This document shows, piece after piece, positions 1 through 6,938 of a stretch of 16,557 nucleotides of DNA (its first letter is position 1; each line of letters starts with the position of its first letter). The notes under the pieces were generated by a model. It was given only the letters and a program-made list of their open reading frames with translations, had not been told where the DNA came from and searched no databases. Source of the stretch: Promethearchaeota archaeon (lineage in GTDB: Archaea; Asgardarchaeota; Lokiarchaeia; Sigyniarchaeales; SOKP01); NCBI GenBank assembly GCA_048941265.1, contig JBHLNT010000087.1, positions 1 to 16,557 on the forward strand, given 5' to 3'. The position numbers and the translations under genes are program-made.

Positions 1-2
1 TT

Positions 3-308
3 GTCATCCATGTAGAACCTTTTTATCCAGTCACAGTAGTTTTTGAGGGTACAGACATAAAATTTTTACGTAAAGAAATAGATGATTTTGATTTAAAAAT
101 GAAAATTCATCTTAATACAATGCTTGATATTGCTTACGGCAGATTAACTCCTACCGCTGCTATTGACGAAAAACGTATGGAAATGGTTGGATTGGAAAAA
201 GACCCTAAAATAATGCCTAAGTTTTTTAATATTTTCGTTACCTCCATGAACATGGTCGCTTCTGATCCCCAATTACATTATTATGAAATAATTGAAGGAG
301 CACGTTAA
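3..308 (+). CDS. 5'-truncated protein, probable SCP2 (sterol carrier protein-2)-like lipid-binding fold
   Basis: Frame 3 is open from base 3 (VIHVEPFYPVTVVFEGTDIKFLRKEIDDFDLKMKIHLNTMLDIAYGRLTPTAAIDEKRMEMVG...) to TAA 306-308, so the ATG at 99 is internal. The pattern D-L-x-M...ML-x-IA-x-G-x-L-T-P-x-x-A...R-M-x-M-x-G resembles the SCP2 C-terminal half. Confidence 0.55.
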   Translation, partial: VIHVEPFYPVTVVFEGTDIKFLRKEIDDFDLKMKIHLNTMLDIAYGRLTPTAAIDEKRMEMVGLEKDPKIMPKFFNIFVTSMNMVASDPQLHYYEIIEGAR

Positions 309-309
309 T

Positions 310-316
310 AGGTGAT
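310..316 (+). promoter_or_regulatory. Shine-Dalgarno AGGTGAT for the FAD oxidoreductase
   Basis: Complementary to the archaeal 16S 3' tail (AUCACCU); lies just after the stop at 308 and just before ATT at 322. Confidence 0.65.
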
Positions 317-321
317 ATAAG

Positions 322-1800
322 ATTACAACCATAAAAGAAAAAAATATATTTGAAAAAGTAAGCCGTGAGGAGGTTTACGCGAAATTAGTTGAACTTTTTG
401 GTTCTGCCAATGTTTCTAATAAACAAGTCGATCTTTATCCTTATTCTTATGATATGACCGAAAATGAACCACATATGCCCGATTTTGTTGTAATACCCGA
501 AAATGTGGAACAAATAGTCAAGCTCGTAAAATATTGTAATGAGAATATTATACCCATTGTGCCATATATATCGGGAAACAATGTAGGGGGTCTTACAATA
601 CCCGATTACGGAGGAATTATCGTAGATTTCGGAAAAAAAATGAATAAAATACTTCATGTTAATGAAACTATGATGTATGCATTGTTGGAACCAGGAGTGA
701 CTTTTGGTCAATTAAAAAAATGTTTAGATGAAAACTACCCCCACTTAAGATATAGCTACCCAAATGCTCCGCCTTATGCGAGCGTCGTTGGAAACGCTCT
801 TTTGAGTGGTATGACAAATTTATCAACTAAAATTGGACCCATGTCCGATTCCATTAATGGTTTAGAGGTAATTACGGTTGATGGTGATATTTTAAGGATT
901 GGTTCATGTTTTTATGGAAAGAAGGAAGCTGATCCCGCCAGTTGGTGGGGCAAAGGTCCAATTCCAGATTTATCAGGATTATTTGTTAATTGGCAAGGTA
1001 TGACAGGGATAGTTACAAAATGTGCAGTTCAATTATGGCCTAATTATCCTCATAAAAAACCTTATCTTGCAGTTTTTTTTGGATTAACAGACATAGCACC
1101 ATTTTTTAGAGAAATTGGTAAGCTAGATATTGTTGACGATGTAGTAGGTTTTACTATTGAAGTGGCAAAAATGGAAGTAGGAATTGATGAACCAAAGCGT
1201 TACCCCGAAGAACCTGCATATAGCGCAGTAATCCTAATGTCTGCACCGACCGAAAAAATGCTTGAAGCAAAAGATGAAATTTTACAAGATTTTGTTGAAA
1301 AATTAAATAAAGAGCAAGGCACGAATATTCATTTAATCAATTATGATGAATTTTCCAAATTATTTCATTTAAAGGCTAGAACCATTTACGAACTTCCCGC
1401 CGTTATTTTGTCGCTAGTGCCCTATAGCGGACTAAGTTGGGTGGGAACTTACTGCTCTTTTGAAAATTTTGAAGAATTAATTGAAAAAACCGATGCGTTG
1501 TTTCAAAAGCATGATGTTCCTTCTTATGTGATGATGAAAACTATGAGATCGGGACATTACGGCATATTCAGACCAATATTTCGGTTTAAAAAATTCGAAG
1601 ACCAAGAAAGGATGATTAAATTAATAGAAGAAATTACCGAAACTTGTATTGATTTGGGATGTATTCCCTACAAGACTCCTGAATGGATGACTGCAAAAAT
1701 GCGAGAAAAAATTAATCCTGGCTGGATAAAATTATTTGAAAAAATTAAAAAATGTATGGACCCTAATGGAATTCTTAATCCTGGGAGGTGGAATACCTAA
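322..1800 (+). CDS. FAD-binding oxidoreductase, VAO/PCMH/GlcD (FAD_binding_4) family
   Basis: Motifs PDFVVIPENVEQI, SGNNVGG, DFGKKMNKI, EPGVT, SVVGNAL, GLEVITVDG, QGMTGIVTK and C-terminal KKCMDPNGILNPG. The frame is open upstream of the ORF-track start (454) back to TGA 313-315 and encodes the family-typical LVELFGSANVS...DLYPYSYD segment. Start at ATT 322 is inferred. Confidence 0.88.
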   Translation: MTTIKEKNIFEKVSREEVYAKLVELFGSANVSNKQVDLYPYSYDMTENEPHMPDFVVIPENVEQIVKLVKYCNENIIPIVPYISGNNVGGLTIPDYGGIIVDFGKKMNKILHVNETMMYALLEPGVTFGQLKKCLDENYPHLRYSYPNAPPYASVVGNALLSGMTNLSTKIGPMSDSINGLEVITVDGDILRIGSCFYGKKEADPASWWGKGPIPDLSGLFVNWQGMTGIVTKCAVQLWPNYPHKKPYLAVFFGLTDIAPFFREIGKLDIVDDVVGFTIEVAKMEVGIDEPKRYPEEPAYSAVILMSAPTEKMLEAKDEILQDFVEKLNKEQGTNIHLINYDEFSKLFHLKARTIYELPAVILSLVPYSGLSWVGTYCSFENFEELIEKTDALFQKHDVPSYVMMKTMRSGHYGIFRPIFRFKKFEDQERMIKLIEEITETCIDLGCIPYKTPEWMTAKMREKINPGWIKLFEKIKKCMDPNGILNPGRWNT

Positions 1801-2987
1801 TGGTTGCGGTCAAAATAGATGAAGATGTAATAGGAAAAGAATTTTTAGAAATGGCTTTTGAGCGTTGTATCAAATGTTCTACTTGCAAATATAGTTATAA
1901 AGATTTTGAACCTATTTGTCCCTCTGGAGAGAAGTTTCTATTTGAGTCTTATTGGCCTTCTGGAAGGATAAGAATAATTAGAGGGTTAATTAACGGCGAT
2001 TTAGAATGGACTGATGATGTAAAAGACGCTATCTTCGCATGTCCTACTTGTGGTGGATGTGTTGATTCTTGTCAAGCACCTCATGCAGATTATATAGTGG
2101 ATATGATTGAAGCGTTGAGAGAATTAGCAGTTAAACATATTGGACCTGGACCTAATCAAATAAAACTAATTGAGAGAACATTAGAAAAATTTAATCCATA
2201 TGATGAACCCAATTCTAACAATTCAGAATTAAAGAAGAAGTGGGATTTGCCAGAAAAGGCAGAATGGGTATATTATATCGGATGTACATCCAATTATCGA
2301 CAACAAGTAATTCGAGATGCTACAATTAAATTTTTAAAAGATGCGGGCATTGATTTTACATTAGTAGATGAGCATTGTTGTAATAGTCCAATGATTAGAA
2401 CAGGTCAAGTTTCAATAGCAAAGGAATTCATGGATTATAATATTGCGCAAATAAAGAACGCAGGAGCATCTAAAGTGGTTACCTCTTGTGCCGGTTGTTA
2501 TCGGACCATGCAGAAGGATTTCGAAAAATTTGGTGCTGATATGGATCTTGAAGTTTATCATACAGTAGAACTCATAAAACAATTACTTGATGAGAAGAAA
2601 ATAAAGTTTAAGGGAGAATACAATAAAACAGTAACCTATCACGATCCGTGTCATCTAGGACGACACATGAAAATTTATGAGATTCCAAGAGAAGTGTATA
2701 AAAAAATTCCAGGGCTTAAACTTGTTGAAATGAAAAGAAATAGGAATCATGCATGGTGCTGCGGTGCGGGTGGTGGTGTAAAAATTGGCTACCCCGAATG
2801 GGCTGTAGAGATCTCTGGTGAAAGAATAAATGAAGCTAAAGAAACGGGGGCAACAATAGTGTCGTCTGTATGCCCGTTTTGTCGTACCAATTTAAGCGAT
2901 GCCAACGAAAAGTATGGTGGCGATTTTGAGGTGCTCGATTTATTGGAGATTATCGATCAAGTAGGGATTGAAAAAGTCGAAAAATAA
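1800..2987 (+). CDS. Fe-S oxidoreductase, GlcF/HdrD-like (two 4Fe-4S motifs plus two CCG domains)
   Basis: CIKCSTC...ICP, CPTCGGCVDSC, YIGC...HCCNSP...SCAGC, YHDPCHLGRH...WCCGAGGG...VCPFC. Start is more likely ATG 1800 (TAATG overlap with the upstream stop, SD GGAGGTG at 1784-1790) than GTG 1788. Confidence 0.92.
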   Translation: MVAVKIDEDVIGKEFLEMAFERCIKCSTCKYSYKDFEPICPSGEKFLFESYWPSGRIRIIRGLINGDLEWTDDVKDAIFACPTCGGCVDSCQAPHADYIVDMIEALRELAVKHIGPGPNQIKLIERTLEKFNPYDEPNSNNSELKKKWDLPEKAEWVYYIGCTSNYRQQVIRDATIKFLKDAGIDFTLVDEHCCNSPMIRTGQVSIAKEFMDYNIAQIKNAGASKVVTSCAGCYRTMQKDFEKFGADMDLEVYHTVELIKQLLDEKKIKFKGEYNKTVTYHDPCHLGRHMKIYEIPREVYKKIPGLKLVEMKRNRNHAWCCGAGGGVKIGYPEWAVEISGERINEAKETGATIVSSVCPFCRTNLSDANEKYGGDFEVLDLLEIIDQVGIEKVEK

Positions 2988-3063
2988 TATTTTCAGGATT
3001 TTTAAATCATTCCTTTAATTTTTTTACAATTAATTCTTCAAATAATAAGGTGAGCTAAATAAA

Positions 3064-3222
3064 ATGGTTGAAGTTCCAAAAACAAAAGATCCTGATCTTA
3101 TTGATAAGAAGGAATATAGAAAAAGGAGGATGGCACTATTTAGTAAGCATGGGGCGCTTATTCAAGATTTCACTGTCTTGGTATTTACTTCTTTGATAAT
3201 TGATAAGTTTTACCTGTTTTAA
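3064..3222 (+). CDS. 52-aa small ORF or truncated gene remnant (not in the ORF track)
   Basis: SD AGGTGA at 3048-3053, then MVEVPKTKDPDLIDKKEYRKRRMALFSKHGALIQDFTVLVFTSLIIDKFYLF*. The last 38 nt overlap the 3' end of the reverse-strand methyltransferase gene. Confidence 0.45.
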   Translation: MVEVPKTKDPDLIDKKEYRKRRMALFSKHGALIQDFTVLVFTSLIIDKFYLF

Positions 3223-4321
3223 GAAAAATTTTGAAGTTTTCTGGTCTACAATTGGGGGGCACTTCGCAACCAGATGATAGGATATGCCCTCCATCAACTC
3301 CGAGTTTGTCAATAAGTTTTTTAACGTAATCCTCGACTTGTTTTTGGCTTCCAATAGAAAATAAAGAACCGCTAACATCACTCATGAGGCATAAATGATC
3401 TTTAAGGATTTCTTTAGCTCTGAATATATCTGTAAGGCTGTCAAAGTCAAGTATACATGATGCTCTTGGTAATTCCTTAAAATAAGGAATATTTAAATCC
3501 CAACATTGATCAAGATGAAGCCAAGGTATAATTCCTTCATCGTATAAACCCTCTACTATTCTTTTAGTATATGGCCACCAGAATCTTTCAAAAATTTTCA
3601 AAGGATAAATAGCACCTTCTGCTCTCTCTTCAGGTATAAAAACCACATTTCCTCCATTTCTTTTACAATCTGCTGTAACCCTTTTAATAAGTTCATCTGT
3701 CATAGTATCAAGTGCGGCATCAACCAATTCAGGTCTATAATAGAGATCTTGTGTGAATTTTATCATTGACCGGTTCAACGAAAGAAGGAAAAAAGGGTGT
3801 ACTCGATTGGACCCTGCTCTTAAACCAATTTTTCTTTTTATAATCCATTCTTGAAAGGCTTTCACTCCAAGTTTGAAGAATTCTTTTTTAGCCTTATCTA
3901 TATCCTCCGGTGTCCAGTCGCTAATACGATAAATATACTCAGTTGCGACAAATTTTGACCAACCAATATCAGCAACAGTTTTATAATCTTCTACTTTCAT
4001 CCACTCTCCTTCATCAAACTGTCCAAAATGATCATCAGGTAAATCTTCTCCGGGAGCTTTAAATTTAAGTCCTGCAAGTATATATCCTGCTTTATGAAGG
4101 GGAATTGTTGTGTATCCATCCCATCCTCCAAACTCATCAAAGAATCTAAGCAATGCTTCAAGACCTTTAACTGGTTCTCTATGTATATCTGCGGGATTTA
4201 ATCCATAATATTTTGTAGGTAAATCTGCCCCTACAATAGGACTAATTGGTACCCTATCTGGTTCTTCTAAATTTATTGCAGCGTTCATTCTCTCTTGTGG
4301 GGTCATATATTCTTCTTTCAT
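3185..4321 (-). CDS. Uroporphyrinogen decarboxylase-family (MtaA/CmuA-like) corrinoid methyltransferase
   Basis: MTPQERMNAAINLEEPDRVPISP, DLYYRPELV, IFERFWWPY, WLHLDQ, TDIFRAKEIL, GGHILSSGCEVPPNCRPEN. Starts 2 nt after the corrinoid protein stop; SD AGGAGG at 4331-4336 on the minus strand. Confidence 0.9.
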   Translation of the reverse strand: MKEEYMTPQERMNAAINLEEPDRVPISPIVGADLPTKYYGLNPADIHREPVKGLEALLRFFDEFGGWDGYTTIPLHKAGYILAGLKFKAPGEDLPDDHFGQFDEGEWMKVEDYKTVADIGWSKFVATEYIYRISDWTPEDIDKAKKEFFKLGVKAFQEWIIKRKIGLRAGSNRVHPFFLLSLNRSMIKFTQDLYYRPELVDAALDTMTDELIKRVTADCKRNGGNVVFIPEERAEGAIYPLKIFERFWWPYTKRIVEGLYDEGIIPWLHLDQCWDLNIPYFKELPRASCILDFDSLTDIFRAKEILKDHLCLMSDVSGSLFSIGSQKQVEDYVKKLIDKLGVDGGHILSSGCEVPPNCRPENFKIFLKTGKTYQLSKK

Positions 4322-4323
4322 TT

Positions 4324-4986
4324 TTAGATTCCTCCTTGTGCTCTAATTTTAACTCTTGCTTTAATTGTCTCTAAACAATATTGAACACCTTCCATGGCAT
4401 CTATCGCTTGAAAATCTGCTCCAATATAATCTTTCACCAAGGGAGTTGTGATTCCCCCGCCCACCAAGATCTTCAATTTATCGCAAAATCCCGCCTCTTT
4501 CAATTTGTCAATTACCTCTTTCATTGGATCAAAGGTTATGGTAAGAAGAGATGAAAATCCAAGAAAATCGGGTTGGATTTCTTTTACTTTCTCAATTACA
4601 ATTTCAGGATTAACATCTACACCTAAATCAAAAACCTCAAATCCTTCTAATTTAAGAAGAGAAGCGAGGATATTTTTGCCTAAATCATGAATATCTCCCT
4701 GGATTGTAGCAAGTATTATTTTACCTTTATTATTTCCCCCTGTTTTTATTTCCCCTAAATAAGGCTCGATAAGTTCCATTATTTCTTTAAAAAGTTCGCC
4801 TGAGAGCATTAACTCTGCAAGAAAATATTCTTTTTTTTGGTATCTCTCCCCTATCATTTCCATACCTTGCTTACTTTCTTCGAATATTTTCATTGGATCT
4901 TCACTCTGATTTAGGCGTTCCTTTACTTCAGATAAAACCTTATCATGTTCAAGCTCAATTAAGTTTCTTGTTAAATTTGATGTCAT
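4324..4986 (-). CDS. Methyltransferase cognate corrinoid protein (B12 cap plus B12-binding domain, MtaC/MtbC/MttC-like)
   Basis: Cap helix motif GMEMIGERYQKKEYFLAELMLSGE; cobalamin-binding DxHxxG (GDIHDLGKN), DLGVDV, SSLLT, VGGG, GAD. Confidence 0.95.
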   Translation of the reverse strand: MTSNLTRNLIELEHDKVLSEVKERLNQSEDPMKIFEESKQGMEMIGERYQKKEYFLAELMLSGELFKEIMELIEPYLGEIKTGGNNKGKIILATIQGDIHDLGKNILASLLKLEGFEVFDLGVDVNPEIVIEKVKEIQPDFLGFSSLLTITFDPMKEVIDKLKEAGFCDKLKILVGGGITTPLVKDYIGADFQAIDAMEGVQYCLETIKARVKIRAQGGI

Positions 4987-5007
4987 AATTGCGAAAATGA
5001 TTGAAAA

Positions 5008-5015
5008 TTTATAAA
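5008..5015 (-). promoter_or_regulatory. Putative TATA box of the corrinoid operon (probably leaderless mRNA)
   Basis: TTTATAAA ends 21 nt before the ATG at 4986, with no SD in between. Confidence 0.5.
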
Positions 5016-5045
5016 TATTCTATAAAAAGAAACAATAGCAAGAAG

Positions 5046-5115
5046 CTTTTTACGGTAGTAAAAAGAAAATATAGTAAAAAGTCTTTTACTTAAAAAATTA
5101 AAAGCTTTTAATTTT
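5046..5115. repeat. Cluster of three inverted repeats (candidate operators)
   Basis: CTTTTTAC-ggta-GTAAAAAG (5046-5065), AGTAAAA-agtc-TTTTACT (5073-5090) and the perfect 22-bp palindrome AAAATTAAAAGCTTTTAATTTT (5094-5115). Confidence 0.7.
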
Positions 5116-5275
5116 ACTCTATTAAAGTATAGAAAAAACAAGAGCTACATTTTAATTACCTTTTTCTTAAAGTTTTATCTATTTAGAGCAGAAGTATTTA
5201 CTACTAAGCAATATTTGATACTTCATTAAGTTTCAATATTAGTGTTTATTTGAGGAGAATGATATATTTTTTGTA

Positions 5276-5980
5276 ATGATATTAAAAGATTTAACTGGTT
5301 TTTATTATGTTTATGATTATCGCACAAAATCACACGGACAAGAATATACGTTAGAAATCATAACTACGGCTAAGAATAAGATAGAATTTATTTTTCATAG
5401 TATAATAAGCGGAAATTTTGGAAACTCAGGTATTACGTGGAAGGGTATTTGCTCATTAAACAATTATCAATTAACCTTAAAGGCTTTTGAAAAAAATGAA
5501 TGGAGATTTACAGCCATTCAAGAAGAGAAAGAAGAAAGCATTCAAAAAACATTTAATCTGTTCAATTTTGAGATACTAAAAGAAAATGACAATATTTTTC
5601 TTATCTCTGTACGATATGAGAAAACAATCAAATTAGTTAGACTCAATAAAAACATTGATAGAAACAAATTATATTCAATTGTGTACTGGATTATCCAAGA
5701 AATAATTAATCGAAATAAATTAAGGGAAGATCCCTTAGAATTCGAGCCAATTCGGTTTTGGAGAATATCAAATCTTCTGCTAAAATCTTATAAAGAAATC
5801 AAAATTAATGAAAAGGATACTTTTGAAGTAATCTGCGAATATGATTTAGAGTATGTCAAAGAAGAGAAAAGAGTAGTTAAAAACGATGAGATACTGCGGA
5901 AGCATCATATTGATAAGGCAATCTTTAATAAAAATCTTAAAATAATTAATTATAAAAAATCAAAATATGGTTCTGAATAA
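5276..5980 (+). CDS. Hypothetical protein (234 aa)
   Basis: Long ORF in AT-rich DNA filling the space between genes; no family recognised. Confidence 0.75.
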   Translation: MILKDLTGFYYVYDYRTKSHGQEYTLEIITTAKNKIEFIFHSIISGNFGNSGITWKGICSLNNYQLTLKAFEKNEWRFTAIQEEKEESIQKTFNLFNFEILKENDNIFLISVRYEKTIKLVRLNKNIDRNKLYSIVYWIIQEIINRNKLREDPLEFEPIRFWRISNLLLKSYKEIKINEKDTFEVICEYDLEYVKEEKRVVKNDEILRKHHIDKAIFNKNLKIINYKKSKYGSE

Positions 5981-6153
5981 AATTAATTATTCCTTTCTTA
6001 TGAATATCGACTGAAGAAAGTATTTTAATCTAAGATCTGTATTTTTATTTCTTCAAGTAACTCACTAAGATCTAATATAAGAAGATAAATGATTATTAAT
6101 AGTGATAAATATTATATAATATCCATATACAAAAAATGACACGTTGATTTTAA

Positions 6154-6846
6154 ATGACAAATGGAATAAAACCGCGTAGCCCTGAAAAATACGAAGAAAT
6201 GATATTAGACTACGTTAAGCAATATCCTTCTGGTATCACGATTACAGATATTTCAAAAGGAATTACTGTATCACGAATTACTGTTAACAAATATGTATTA
6301 GTCTTAGAGGCTAAAGAACAATTATTTTCTAAAACGATCGGTGCTTACAAATTATATTTTGCTACTGAAAGACGTTTTATACCGAAGAGAGCCATTATAG
6401 CTTTTTATCAAGGATTATTATCGGGGATCGCAGCAGAAATCTCAGCAGAAAATAAGGAATCTATTTTCAAAAATATTGGATTAAATATGGATAAATTTAT
6501 TACTTTCCCTGTGGGATCTCGTTTTCCTAAAGAGATTAGACAACCAAAAAATGGATCTTATAGAGACTTATTTGAATATTATGCAGAGATTTATGATTCC
6601 ATGGATTATGTGATTGAAGAATTTGCTGATATTAAAGTAAGTATAAATGATAAAGGGAATAAAGCTATTTATACATTTAAAGACGTAGAATTTTTGGAAA
6701 GAGAGAAATATTTTATCGTGCATTTTTATATTGTTTCCGGAATGATTCAAAAAACGCTCTCCAAATTGATAAACAAAAAAGTTATTTGTAAAGTAGAGAA
6801 GGTATACGGAAATAATGTAGATCTCTCTATTGAAATACTTAAATAA
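6154..6846 (+). CDS. Winged-helix transcriptional regulator with C-terminal V4R/Bet3-like domain
   Basis: N-terminal wHTH ILDYVKQYPSGITITDISKGITVSRITVNKYVLVLEAKEQLFSKTIGAYKLY. The C-terminal FKNIG...HFYIVSGMIQKTLSKLINKKVICKVEK pattern fits V4R/HNOX/Bet3-like folds. TATA-like TTATATAA at 6112-6119. Confidence 0.75.
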   Translation: MTNGIKPRSPEKYEEMILDYVKQYPSGITITDISKGITVSRITVNKYVLVLEAKEQLFSKTIGAYKLYFATERRFIPKRAIIAFYQGLLSGIAAEISAENKESIFKNIGLNMDKFITFPVGSRFPKEIRQPKNGSYRDLFEYYAEIYDSMDYVIEEFADIKVSINDKGNKAIYTFKDVEFLEREKYFIVHFYIVSGMIQKTLSKLINKKVICKVEKVYGNNVDLSIEILK

Positions 6847-6892
6847 AGTTTAAAATCAATAAATCTAAATATCCTTTTAATATTTTAATTTT

Positions 6893-6909
6893 GAAAAGAA
6901 ATTTATAAA
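6893..6909 (+). promoter_or_regulatory. BRE-TATA promoter of the LRR gene
   Basis: Purine-rich GAAAAGAAA followed by TTTATAAA (6902-6909), 29 nt before ATG 6939. Confidence 0.6.
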
Positions 6910-6938
6910 GAAGAGCTAAGATTTTAAATTTAACTAAG

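Noticed and set aside
322-1800. Alkyl-DHAP synthase or canonical glcD call
   Set aside because: The C-terminal HHH and EHG catalytic motifs are absent, so no gene symbol was assigned.
3185-4321. hemE (true uroporphyrinogen decarboxylase)
   Set aside because: Lacks the MRQAGR motif and is coupled to a corrinoid protein.
3181-5202. GTATTTACT at 3181-3189 and 5194-5202 flanking the corrinoid module, as a possible target-site duplication
   Set aside because: A 9-mer match is plausible by chance in AT-rich DNA. There is no transposase or terminal inverted repeat, and excising the interval extends the small ORF by only a few codons.
4987-5275. Cobalamin riboswitch upstream of the corrinoid gene
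   Set aside because: No B12-box or GC-rich stems; the TATA position suggests almost no leader.
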